Origin: a virus
Lineage: Duplodnaviria > Caudoviricetes
IMG/VR virus record: IMGVR_UViG_2721755587_000002
DNA length: 64,000 bases
Strand: one strand, 5' to 3'
The notes beneath the pieces are model-generated. The model saw only the letters and a list, made by a program, of their open reading frames with translations. It was not told the origin of the DNA and did not search any database. Below, one piece after another: positions 18,221 through 26,704 of the stretch; the stretch's first letter is position 1; the number at the start of each line of letters is the position of its first letter. The translations under genes and the position numbers were made by a program.

Positions 18221-18841
18221 CTAGATTTCCGAGATAACCTTGGCCTTAATCGTCTCGTATTCGGAATCGCTGATCAGCCCGCTATCGAGCATTTCCTTGG
18301 CGCGTTTCAGGCGCGCCGTCAGATCTCCCTTGCCGGAGCCTGCTTCGTCGCTACCAAACGACACATCGCGTGGGGATTCCGCCTGGAAGCCGCCCGACTT
18401 GGCCCGCAACTCTTCCAGCTCACGAAGTCGCCGCTTTTCGCGCCATGCTTGTTCCTGCGCCTGGCAGGCACGATATACCGCTTGCGCGTCAGCCTTCCTG
18501 AGTCCGGTAAATTGGAACGTGCGCACTGTTCCGCCGCTCGCCAGGTCAGGCTGGGTGAGAGCTGTGATGGTAATGTCGCTGCCGAAAATTCCCGCTTTGA
18601 CGTTGGCCGTTTTGACGTCTTGCCAGCGGATGTCGACTGGCGTGAATCCGCCGATCAAGCCCCGGTTGATGCCGATTAGCCGCCCGGAGGTCGCCGCCAC
18701 CATAATCCGGCGGTGGAGAAGCGCAAAGAGCCGGCGCTGCACGGCGTAGCACTGTGCAACTTCGTTCGGGACCAGCATGGAGTGGAGCTGGGAAAGGGCC
18801 TTCCTGATACCAGGATCAGACGAAGTTACTGAGGGTTCCAT
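18221..18841 (-). CDS. Bacterial PH-domain plus SHOCT-domain protein
   Basis: VAATSGRLI..DIRWQDV (bPH); LKRAKEMLDSGLISDSEYETIKAKVI (SHOCT). Confidence 0.8.
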   Translation of the reverse strand: MEPSVTSSDPGIRKALSQLHSMLVPNEVAQCYAVQRRLFALLHRRIMVAATSGRLIGINRGLIGGFTPVDIRWQDVKTANVKAGIFGSDITITALTQPDLASGGTVRTFQFTGLRKADAQAVYRACQAQEQAWREKRRLRELEELRAKSGGFQAESPRDVSFGSDEAGSGKGDLTARLKRAKEMLDSGLISDSEYETIKAKVISEI

Positions 18842-18910
18842 TTTTCCAAGCCGCGTTGTTGTGTGAACTTTGAGTGAATGGCGCGGAATCTCTCGTCTGC
18901 GCTGCCTTCG

Positions 18911-19915
18911 TCAGTCCGGCCGCCAGGCCGACGCCTTCACAATGCCGCCAACGTAGTGCAGCCGCTCGATCTGGTCCTGAGGGACGCGCAGCATGCCGTG
19001 GCGCTCATTCACGGATGACAGGTGCACTACACCGTCGCGGACATAGGCCAACTCCTTCACCATGACGCGGCCGTCCTGGGACTTCACCAGGACCTCGTCG
19101 CCGTTCGTTATTGCACGGTTCGGCTCGATCACGACAAATTCGTTGTGCTTGATGCGCGGCCGCATGGAGTCACCGTTGCAGCGCAGACCATATGCGTCGG
19201 GGTCATTCGTGGGGAACGTTAGAAAGCCATCGCCATGGCCGACGGGATACTCGATGTCCGAGAAGTGGCCGTTATCGCCGAGTTGTGCCATGCCAACCAC
19301 TGGAATGCGCCGGAAGCTGTTTGGGGGGATTTCAACGATGTCAAAGGCGAGGCTAGGTTCGTCGAGCTCTGGCTCGATTTGGCCGGAAAGCTTGCTATCG
19401 CCCTTGCCGTTCGCTAGCCACTTCGGGCTGTAGCCGTACGTCTCCTGCAACTTCACGATGTGGTGAAGGGGCAGTTTGGTGCCATCGCCCTCGAGCCACG
19501 CACGAACGACGGCCGCCTCGACGCCCAGTACCTTGGCGAGGGCTGCGGGGTCGAGCTGTTGCTCGGCCATAACAAGAGTGAGCCGGTCGACAGGGCGTCC
19601 GGAGTCCACCGAGGTGGCTGCAGGTACGGGCACTGCTTCGGTGATCGAATTGGACGCTCGCCGGATCTCTTCTGCCAGGCGCGGGCTGAACGTGTCGACG
19701 TCAACCCCCAGGCCCCGAGCAAAGCCGGTCGCGGCCTTGATGTTCAGCGGGCGGCGCGCATTCAGATACTGCCAAACCATGCCTTGACTGCCGATCTCGA
19801 ACCGGCTGCCGAATTCCTCCTGGCTCATTTTGCCCTTGCGCTCGTTGTATAGCGCCTTCAGTCGAATGGAGTCTTCGACTTGCCACTGCTCCAGAGAGTT
19901 ACTTGCTCGCATCAT
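18911..19915 (-). CDS. cI: CI repressor (two HTH-like domains plus S24 peptidase)
   Basis: N-terminal HTH, second HTH (LDPAALAKVLGV..VVRAW), GDSM and VKEL catalytic motifs; divergent from cro. Confidence 0.92.
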   Translation of the reverse strand: MMRASNSLEQWQVEDSIRLKALYNERKGKMSQEEFGSRFEIGSQGMVWQYLNARRPLNIKAATGFARGLGVDVDTFSPRLAEEIRRASNSITEAVPVPAATSVDSGRPVDRLTLVMAEQQLDPAALAKVLGVEAAVVRAWLEGDGTKLPLHHIVKLQETYGYSPKWLANGKGDSKLSGQIEPELDEPSLAFDIVEIPPNSFRRIPVVGMAQLGDNGHFSDIEYPVGHGDGFLTFPTNDPDAYGLRCNGDSMRPRIKHNEFVVIEPNRAITNGDEVLVKSQDGRVMVKELAYVRDGVVHLSSVNERHGMLRVPQDQIERLHYVGGIVKASAWRPD

Positions 19916-19922
19916 GCGCGCG

Positions 19923-19990
19923 AGTTTAGCAACGCTATTAGATTCCACAACGAGCATAGCTATTCCTTTATTAACTAGCTATGCTAGTAT
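19923..19990. promoter_or_regulatory. OR operators with divergent PRM and PR promoters
   Basis: Operators 19925-39, 19950-64 and 19974-88; extended -10 TGcTAGTAT (plus) and TGcTAAACT (minus). Confidence 0.85.
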
Positions 19991-19997
19991 TGTGCTT

Positions 19998-20297
19998 ATG
20001 AAACTCGCCGAATACCTCGACTCGACCAAGACCAGCCAGGCGGCGTTTGCCAAGCTGCTCGGGGTCTCCCAAGGGCTCGTCTATCAATGGATCGCCGGGA
20101 AGCGCCCGATTTCTGCCGAGCAATGCCCGGTGATCGAGCGAATCACGGGCGGGGCAGTGACATGCGAGGAATTGAACGACAGGGTCGACTGGGCCTTCGT
20201 GCGAGCGTCGCGCGTCGGCGCACCGAGGGATGCACCGGCAAAGAAGTCGGGAAAGCCGAAGAGCGCCGCCCAGCTAGACCATCCCGAGGCCGCCTAA
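19998..20297 (+). CDS. cro: Cro/YdaS-like regulator
   Basis: SQAAFAKLLGVSQGLVYQW..IERITGGAVTCEEL. Confidence 0.9.
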   Translation: MKLAEYLDSTKTSQAAFAKLLGVSQGLVYQWIAGKRPISAEQCPVIERITGGAVTCEELNDRVDWAFVRASRVGAPRDAPAKKSGKPKSAAQLDHPEAA

Positions 20298-20417
20298 AAG
20301 CGACCCGTGGAGAGCGATCCATGAACCGAAACAGCACCGCCGGAGATAGGCACATGAAACCGCTTTGCGATTCCGTAGGCAGCCGCCTGGTCGCGCGCCG
20401 CCTCTCCATCGGCGGAA

Positions 20418-20663
20418 TCAGTTTTTCTGTCCTTGCTGAGCCTGATCCCACGCCAGAAGAGATCGAGCTTGCTCGGCGAGTCGCACAGCGAGCTGCTGCG
20501 CGACTTCGGGCGGTAGCGCGTACCACTGTGAAGTGAGTTTGCCGGCTGCTGCGTCTTCTGGCGAGTTTGCCAAGGAGAGCTCTAGCAAGACCAAGCCGCT
20601 TTCCAAATGCAGGCCGGTCTTCGCGTTGGCAACAAAAGCTGCCGTGATGTCTTGTTCTTTCAT
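20418..20663 (-). CDS. Hypothetical protein (counter-oriented)
   Basis: GGGGGA SD; competes with the overlapping plus-strand ORF 20321-20536. Confidence 0.55.
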   Translation of the reverse strand: MKEQDITAAFVANAKTGLHLESGLVLLELSLANSPEDAAAGKLTSQWYALPPEVAQQLAVRLAEQARSLLAWDQAQQGQKN

Positions 20664-21001
20664 GCATCCCCCGTTTGTGGGCAGTTGGGAAGGTCAGATG
20701 TCTTGATTGTTCCACAGCTGAGGGGATGCGCCAGATAGATGGCGCGCGGGGTGACTCGCGCTTTATTGAACGGTCCCGATAGGGCCCGACCGGGGGAATC
20801 ACCATGCTGCGACGTACGCAGATGGCTGCACATGACCGAAGCAGGCGCGCACGCGCCGGCCGGGCCGCTTTCTGCAGGGGCACCCGGTGATGGCATTCGT
20901 TTCCCATTTTTCCCTCTCTCTGTCGGCGGCCTCGGCGCGCCAGCTGCTTTGTCTCGTTGGAATGAATCTTATGGATCGGTTGAAGCACTCGGGAGCACCG
21001 C

Positions 21002-21268
21002 ATGCCTAGCCTGGAATCGATGGTTTTGAACCGCGTTGCTCCCATGACCCAGAAGCGCGTGGCCGAGCTGATCGGCGTCGAGCCGACGAACTTCTCGCGC
21101 TTCCTGAACAACAGCGGGCACAACCTGCCGTTCGCGAAGGTCTGCCAACTGCTCGACGTGCTCGAGCTGGACGTCGTCGCCCCCGGTGATGGCAGCACGG
21201 TCTGCCTGCCGCGCGAAGAGTACGAGGCGTTGAAGTGCTTGGCCAAGAAGGCATTGGGGGGCGTGTGA
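21002..21268 (+). CDS. cII: CII-like transcriptional activator
   Basis: TQKRVAELIGVEPTNFSRF HTH, LLDVLELDVV, EEYEAL; position after cro. Confidence 0.75.
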   Translation: MPSLESMVLNRVAPMTQKRVAELIGVEPTNFSRFLNNSGHNLPFAKVCQLLDVLELDVVAPGDGSTVCLPREEYEALKCLAKKALGGV

Positions 21269-21345
21269 TGGACGACCTCGTGAGCGGTTGGGTGCTGGTG
21301 GTTCTGATCGCGATGGTGGCGATCACGATGGGGATGCGGCCATGA
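21268..21345 (+). CDS. 25-aa hydrophobic peptide (not in ORF track)
   Basis: MDDLVSGWVLVVLIAMVAITMGMRP; TGATG and ATGA coupling. Confidence 0.5.
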   Translation: MDDLVSGWVLVVLIAMVAITMGMRP

Positions 21346-21641
21346 GGATTTACGTTGCCGGCCCCATGACGGGCTTCCCGAATCTGAACTTTCCGGCATT
21401 CCATGAGGCCGCCCGCCGCCTGCGCGCCGCCGGCCACGAAGTTGTGAACCCGGCCGAGATCAACGCCGACCCCTCAACGGGATGGGTCGAATGCATGCGC
21501 GCAGACATCCGCGAGCTGGTGACCTGCGATGCGATTCACTTGCTGCCGGGCTGGGAACGCTCACGTGGCGCCACGCTGGAGGTGCACATCGCCAAGACTC
21601 TGGGCTTCGAAGTTACAACGCACGAGGAGGTAACTGCATGA
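21342..21641 (+). CDS. DUF4406 family (nucleoside deoxyribosyltransferase-like fold)
   Basis: IYVAGPMTG..NFPAF..VVNPA..CDAIHLLPGWERSRGATLE. Confidence 0.88.
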   Translation: MRIYVAGPMTGFPNLNFPAFHEAARRLRAAGHEVVNPAEINADPSTGWVECMRADIRELVTCDAIHLLPGWERSRGATLEVHIAKTLGFEVTTHEEVTA

Positions 21642-21721
21642 CCTGTGCCAACTGCGGGAGCACCGGCCACACCGCGCCCCACTGCCCGCTGAAGTACGTG
21701 CGGATTGCGAGGCCGGCATGA
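21638..21721 (+). CDS. 27-aa CCHC zinc-knuckle microprotein
   Basis: GAGGAGG SD; CANCGSTGHTAPHC = CX2CX4HX4C. Confidence 0.7.
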   Translation: MTCANCGSTGHTAPHCPLKYVRIARPA

Positions 21722-21912
21722 GCGCGAACCACGGGCATTGCTACAAGTGCCGGAAAGAGGTTCAGGTGTTCGGTTCGCGCTGGTGCGCGCATTGCCACTA
21801 CCCCGGCATCGACGAGGACTATGCGCAATACCGGGATCTGATCGAGGAAGGCTACACCCGCTATCAGGCGAAGCTGATGGTCGGCTGGGCAGATCCACCG
21901 GAGGAAGGCTGA
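21718..21912 (+). CDS. Small CxxC-CxxC zinc-binding protein
   Basis: CYKC...CAHC; coupled. Confidence 0.7.
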   Translation: MSANHGHCYKCRKEVQVFGSRWCAHCHYPGIDEDYAQYRDLIEEGYTRYQAKLMVGWADPPEEG

Positions 21913-22040
21913 TGACGTTCACCCTGGACGCCTGGCAGGTCCTGGCGATTGTGCTGCTGTCCGGCGCCTCAGGCGCGGCGGCTACGGTGATGTTTGTGGC
22001 GTCCTATGCGGCGCGCCGACAGACGCTGGAGGGCAATTGA
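21912..22040 (+). CDS. 42-aa TM microprotein
   Basis: MTFTLDAWQVLAIVLLSGASGAAATVMFVASY; coupled. Confidence 0.6.
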   Translation: MTFTLDAWQVLAIVLLSGASGAAATVMFVASYAARRQTLEGN

Positions 22041-22495
22041 TGACACCACATAAGCAACTGATCTCGCACGACCCCGAGCACGGTTTCTGGGGCGATTGCT
22101 GGCGGACGTGCATCGCCTGCCTGCTCGACATGGCGCCGGCAGAGGTGCCGAACTTTGCGGCCGGCGGCGACCAGCCGGCGGCGGACGTGGTGTGCCGTGC
22201 GTGGCTCAAGGCCCGCGGCTACAACCTGGTCAAGTTCTGCATGTTGGCGGAACACGCGCACGCAGCGGCCGATTGGTTCGACGACACGCTTTACATCCTC
22301 TGTGGCGCGAGCCCCAACATCCCCGGCGTGGGGCACTGCGTGATAGGACGCGGGGCATTCGAGGTGGTATGGGACGTCGCGCGAAGCGGCGCAGGCCTCG
22401 CCGGCCCATGGGAAGACGAGAGCGGTAATCGGGTCTACTGGATCGAGTTCATCGTGCCGACGCAGTTGGCTGGCGAGCAACGGGAGGCGGCATGA
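22040..22495 (+). CDS. Hypothetical protein, possibly papain/C39-like peptidase fold
   Basis: GDCWRTCIACLL...GHCVI...VWD. Confidence 0.6.
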   Translation: MTPHKQLISHDPEHGFWGDCWRTCIACLLDMAPAEVPNFAAGGDQPAADVVCRAWLKARGYNLVKFCMLAEHAHAAADWFDDTLYILCGASPNIPGVGHCVIGRGAFEVVWDVARSGAGLAGPWEDESGNRVYWIEFIVPTQLAGEQREAA

Positions 22496-22851
22496 AGGTC
22501 GCGGATCTGGAAGGGGCGCTGTTGGCGCTGTGGGTCGCCAAGGCTGAGGGCATCGAGCAGCCCTTGGGCGTGAAGTTGTACGCCTCCGGCCCGTGCCTCT
22601 ACAAGGAAACGCCGTGGGGCGGCGGCGAGCCCTTCGATTTCCGCCCGGACAGCCGCTGGGCGCATGGCGGCCCGATCATTGATAGGGAGAACATAGGCAC
22701 GATGCCTTTCTTTGAGGGTGGGGCACGCTACTGGATGGCAGCTCACGCGAGCGCTCATCGCGGCATGAAAGGCAATACCCCGCTGATCGCCGCCATGCGC
22801 GTGTACGTCGCCAGCAAGTTCGGCGAGGAAATCCCTGAGGTGCCCCTGTGA
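22492..22851 (+). CDS. ninX: NinX (DUF2591) family protein
   Basis: LEGALLALWVAKAEG, WAHGGPIIDRE, GNTPLIAAMR. Confidence 0.85.
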   Translation: MKVADLEGALLALWVAKAEGIEQPLGVKLYASGPCLYKETPWGGGEPFDFRPDSRWAHGGPIIDRENIGTMPFFEGGARYWMAAHASAHRGMKGNTPLIAAMRVYVASKFGEEIPEVPL

Positions 22852-23120
22852 ATTGCAAGCCTGGCGATCTCGCCTACATCGTGCGCGACCCCTATCCCGA
22901 GAACCTGGGCCGAGTCGTCAAAGTCGTCGGCGCGCCACAGTGGATCGATGACGGGCCCGCCTGGTTCTGCCAGGCAACCGGCGGTCCGCTGCGCGTGATG
23001 AACATCGACCGGCCACGAGAAACGCTCAGGGATACTGAGTTCGATTGCTACGACAGCGACCTGCGCCCGATCAGCGGCGTGCCGGTTGAGGATGAGGTTA
23101 GCGACGAGGTGACTGCGTGA
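22848..23120 (+). CDS. Hypothetical phage protein
   Basis: MNCKPGDLAYIV...DSDLRPI; coupled. Confidence 0.75.
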   Translation: MNCKPGDLAYIVRDPYPENLGRVVKVVGAPQWIDDGPAWFCQATGGPLRVMNIDRPRETLRDTEFDCYDSDLRPISGVPVEDEVSDEVTA

Positions 23121-23128
23121 CGGACTAC

Positions 23129-23347
23129 CTATTTCGAGCCCAGATCCGAGCCATGACCGAGGGCGTTAGACAGGGCTTTGTATTTCCGGTACGCGTCCGA
23201 ATATTGCAGGTTCAATCGCTGAAGATGCGTGCCGTCTACGCCGCCGAGTCTGCACCGCTCCTTCTCTATCTCAAGGAGTCGCAGCGCCTCATCGCAATCC
23301 TTTTTCAGCGCGTCAAGGAGCTTTTTATCTCGGTTCGCACGGCTCAT
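23129..23347 (-). CDS. Hypothetical protein (counter-oriented)
   Basis: Fills the gap between plus-strand genes. Confidence 0.5.
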   Translation of the reverse strand: MSRANRDKKLLDALKKDCDEALRLLEIEKERCRLGGVDGTHLQRLNLQYSDAYRKYKALSNALGHGSDLGSK

Positions 23348-23382
23348 ATCAGTCTCTCTGGTCGTTGGTCGGAAATCCTAGC

Positions 23383-24237
23383 ATGACCTGGACCCACGAC
23401 ACCCTGCAGGAAGACCTGGCGCAGTACCTGCGCGACAAGACCCAGCGCATGGTCTGGACGAACATGCAGATGGGCCCGGCCGGCTCGCCGCGGCCCGACG
23501 CCTACAGCCTGCCGTTCAGCTTCACCCGTTTCACGCCGCTGGCCTATGAGGTCAAGATCTCCGTGGCCGATTTCCGGCGTGACGTGACCGCCGGGAAGTG
23601 GCAGAGCTACCTGCGCTACGCCGCTGGCGTGACCTTCGCCGCGCCGGCCGGGCTGATCACGAAGGGCGACATCCCTGACGGCTGCGGCCTGCTGCTGCGC
23701 AGCGAGGCCGGCTGGCGCGCCGCCAAGGCGCCCACGCTGCGCCCAGTGGAGAACCTGCCGCTCGAGGCCTGGATCAAGCTGCTCATCGATGGGCTGGAAC
23801 GCCAGGTGAAGTTGCGGTTTCCGCAGGTCGCCGACGAGTACTCGCTGATCCACCGCGTCGAGCAGCGTCTCGGCAAGGAAGTCTCGCGGCTACTGCACGA
23901 CCGGCGTGCCACGCGGTACCGCTACGAGCAAGCCACAGAGATGCTGAACAAGAGTGCGGTCGCGGCGGAAGCCGAGTACCGCAAGACCCTGGACGACGCG
24001 CGCAAGAATGCCGAGCGCGACGCCGCGCGGATTGACGGCGCGCGCGCCGAGCTGGCGCAGGCGCTGGGTCTGGCGTCCGACGCCAGGACGTTTGAGATTA
24101 CCAACGCCGCGCAGGCAGCAGCGCGGCGACTGGAAGCTGATGCTGAGGTGCAGCGGCTAAGAAGCCTGTTTGAGCGCGTAGAGAGCGCCATAGCGAGCGT
24201 AGACCGGCCGCTGCCGGAGATTGCGAGGGCAGTATGA
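23383..24237 (+). CDS. MmcB-like PD-(D/E)XK nuclease with a coiled-coil tail
   Basis: RPD...AYEVKISVADFRRD..KWQSY. Confidence 0.75.
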   Translation: MTWTHDTLQEDLAQYLRDKTQRMVWTNMQMGPAGSPRPDAYSLPFSFTRFTPLAYEVKISVADFRRDVTAGKWQSYLRYAAGVTFAAPAGLITKGDIPDGCGLLLRSEAGWRAAKAPTLRPVENLPLEAWIKLLIDGLERQVKLRFPQVADEYSLIHRVEQRLGKEVSRLLHDRRATRYRYEQATEMLNKSAVAAEAEYRKTLDDARKNAERDAARIDGARAELAQALGLASDARTFEITNAAQAAARRLEADAEVQRLRSLFERVESAIASVDRPLPEIARAV

Positions 24238-25340
24238 AAAGAGATCGCCCCTGGATGCCGTTCTACACGGCTGACTGGCTTTCCAATGTGAAGCTGAAGC
24301 GCTGCACGCATGAAGAGAAGGGGGTGTGGATGGACATCCTTTGCCTGATGCACGAGAGCGAGGAGTACGGCGTTTTGCGCTGGGATTTGAAGGAAATTGC
24401 GCACGTCGTCGGATGCGCGACGAAGACCCTGAAATCGCTGATTTCGAAGGGGGTTTTGAAGGGCGCAGAGCCGAGTGAAATCTGCCCGGCTTTGCAGTTC
24501 ACGCCGACCCACGCCCGCAAGCGCCTTCCGGCCGTCACCATCCTTGAGAGCCAAGCTGGGCCTATCTGGTACAGCTCGCGCATGGTGGAAGACGAGTACA
24601 AACGCATTGCAAAGCAGGGTGGAAATGTAGGGTCCGGTGCGGCACCAAAGGCACCACCGAACCCTTCACCAAAGCCCCCCTTTGGTGAAGGCTTTGGTGA
24701 ATCACCTTACCCACCACCTGACCCATCACCACCCACGCGGGCGCGCGAGACAGAGGACAGAGGACATATAAAAACAAAAGACATAGGCGGCGGCGCTAGT
24801 GACTCAACCGTGGGTGGCCCTGTGGATAACTCGGCATCGCCGCCGCCGCTTTCCGCCGATGAAATCGGCAACCACCTGGTTGGGCTGGAAGCCGATCGGG
24901 GCAAATCGCTGGCGCTGTCCTCGCGCGCGCACGAGGCGTTGCTCCGGGTTGCAGGCCGCAACATCGCCATGCCCGTGTTGCTCCGGGCTCATGCCCTCGC
25001 GTGCGCGCGACGGACGGCCGACGGGGACCCTGGCCCGGTGAACCCGGGGTTCCTCGAGCCGTTCGTGGACGAGGCGCTCGCCGAGCAGCGCAGCGCGCCT
25101 CCGGCGGCCGGCTGGGACGAAACCCCCGAGGGCGTGCAGGCCAAGGCCGACGAGCTGCAGCTTGCGCCCCAGCGCGCCGATGAGCACCCGATCTGGTTCC
25201 GCCGGCGGGTCATCAAGGCCTCAGGCGATCAGCACCTGGTCGAGCGCGAGGTCAGCAAGGCCGAACGAATGAACCCGAACGAGTTCGAGGTCGTGTACCG
25301 ATTTTTTCACGGCGTGACGCCGGGGCAGGTGGCCGCATGA
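24234..25340 (+). CDS. Replication initiator (DUF1376/YdaU-like N-terminus)
   Basis: PWMPFYTADWL..EKGVWMDILCLMH; contains internal origin repeats. Confidence 0.8.
   Translation: MKRDRPWMPFYTADWLSNVKLKRCTHEEKGVWMDILCLMHESEEYGVLRWDLKEIAHVVGCATKTLKSLISKGVLKGAEPSEICPALQFTPTHARKRLPAVTILESQAGPIWYSSRMVEDEYKRIAKQGGNVGSGAAPKAPPNPSPKPPFGEGFGESPYPPPDPSPPTRARETEDRGHIKTKDIGGGASDSTVGGPVDNSASPPPLSADEIGNHLVGLEADRGKSLALSSRAHEALLRVAGRNIAMPVLLRAHALACARRTADGDPGPVNPGFLEPFVDEALAEQRSAPPAAGWDETPEGVQAKADELQLAPQRADEHPIWFRRRVIKASGDQHLVEREVSKAERMNPNEFEVVYRFFHGVTPGQVAA
24643..24829. promoter_or_regulatory. Putative phage replication origin
   Basis: CACCAAAG iterons including a perfect 12-bp inverted pair (24663-74/24680-91), an A-rich tract at ~24747-85 and a perfect DnaA box TGTGGATAA at 24821-29. 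Confidence 0.7.
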
Positions 25341-25552
25341 ACCAGCTCGAGCAGTGCGACCTGTGCCGGGCCAAGGGCGGCCGCCTCGACTTCAACCACG
25401 TCTGCTGCCGCGTGCGCTTCCTGCTGAAAATGCCTCACGTCGAAATCCGGCGGGCATGGATCGACTACTGGCGCAAGCGCGACGGCGACTCCATGGCGAC
25501 GCGCATCGAAACCGAGGTGCAAGCCCGTTGGGCGGAAAGGAACCGAGCATGA
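25337..25552 (+). CDS. Hypothetical Cys-containing protein
   Basis: Coupled at both ends. Confidence 0.7.
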   Translation: MNQLEQCDLCRAKGGRLDFNHVCCRVRFLLKMPHVEIRRAWIDYWRKRDGDSMATRIETEVQARWAERNRA

Positions 25553-25914
25553 ATTTTCAGAACACCGCGAAGCGCCGCATGCAGGCGCTCGGGCGCCTCA
25601 AGTCTGGCGAGATGAACAAGACCGAGAAGGCGTACGCGGATTTCCTGGAGGCGAGGCGCGTAGCCGGCACGGTGGCCTGGTTCAAGTTCGAGGGCGTCAA
25701 GCTGCGCTTGGCCGACAACACGTTCTATTCGCCGGACTTCGCCGTGATGCTGGCCAGCGGCGCGATGGAGATGCACGAGGTGAAGGGGCATTGGCAGGAT
25801 GACGCCCGCGTGAAGATCAAGGTCGCTGCGGAGCTATACCCGTTCCGCTTCATCGCGGTGCGGCCGCGCCTGAAGCGCGAGGGAAGCGGCTGGCAGCAGG
25901 AGGTGTTCGAGTGA
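25549..25914 (+). CDS. DUF1064-like PD-(D/E)XK nuclease (putative resolvase)
   Basis: MNKTE, YSPDF, EVKG. Confidence 0.8.
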   Translation: MNFQNTAKRRMQALGRLKSGEMNKTEKAYADFLEARRVAGTVAWFKFEGVKLRLADNTFYSPDFAVMLASGAMEMHEVKGHWQDDARVKIKVAAELYPFRFIAVRPRLKREGSGWQQEVFE

Positions 25915-26603
25915 GCTCACTCAAGTTTCGCGGCGTGTATCCGCACAAGGACAGCGGGTGGACTGCGGCCATCGGGCACGAAGGAAAGCAGGTCTACCTT
26001 GGTTGGTTCGCGGACTTCGAGTCTGCAAAGGCAGCACGTCTCGCGGGCGAGCTGCGCCTGTTCGGCCAGGTGTTCGACCGGCGCGAGATCGAATGCGACG
26101 GAGTAACGGCAAAGCTGCCCTTGCACGGCCAGGGTGGCGTGTTCCACGGCTGGGCGCTTATCGACGCCAGCGACCTGGACGCAACGCGAGACATCGCGTG
26201 GACGAAGGACGCAAGAGGCTATGTTGTCGGTCGCCCGCCCGGCTCTACCAACAGCGTCACCCTGCATCGCTGGCTACTGGTTGGGGGCGCCAAGGGGCGG
26301 CTCATTGTTGACCATGCCAATCGGGATCGGCTCGATAACCGGCGCGGGAACTTGCGGTGGGCGAACTCGAACGGCAACGCCCAGAACACCAGCCTAGCGA
26401 AGAACAATTCGAGTGGCTTCAAGGGCGTCGCGCGCGCCGCGCGCGGGAAATGGCGGGCTCGCATCTGGGTTGACGGTAAAGAGCGGTTCATTGGGCTCTA
26501 CGACACCAGGGACGCGGCTGCTGCGGCCTATGACGCGGAGGCGCTGAGGCTGCATGGGGAATACGCATCGCCGAATGCTGCCTTGGACGTGAGCGGTGAG
26601 TGA
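25911..26603 (+). CDS. AP2-HNH-AP2 homing endonuclease
   Basis: FRGV..WTAAI..YLG; VDHANRDRLDNRRGNLR; SGFKGV..WRARI..AAAAYD. Confidence 0.9.
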   Translation: MSSLKFRGVYPHKDSGWTAAIGHEGKQVYLGWFADFESAKAARLAGELRLFGQVFDRREIECDGVTAKLPLHGQGGVFHGWALIDASDLDATRDIAWTKDARGYVVGRPPGSTNSVTLHRWLLVGGAKGRLIVDHANRDRLDNRRGNLRWANSNGNAQNTSLAKNNSSGFKGVARAARGKWRARIWVDGKERFIGLYDTRDAAAAAYDAEALRLHGEYASPNAALDVSGE

Positions 26604-26679
26604 CCGCATCAGCAAGCGCTACAGCACCGCGCCCGGTGTGTGCGTCAGCGTGGAACAACTGCCGCTCCAAGCGGCTTGA
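26596..26679 (+). pseudogene. Possible C-terminal remnant of a RusA resolvase
   Basis: ISKRYSTAPGVCVSVEQLPLQAA* resembles RusA-family C-termini. Confidence 0.4.
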
Positions 26680-26704
26680 AGGAATGAAATTGACTGGGGA
26701 AACC

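Noticed and set aside
20143-21399. 418-aa minus-strand ORF across cro-cII
   Set aside because: Overlaps several better-supported genes; Arg/Ser/Pro-rich, non-protein-like composition.
23117-23386. Plus-strand ORF coupled to both neighbours
   Set aside because: It overlaps the antisense ORF 23129-23347, which looks more protein-like; the choice between them is unresolved.
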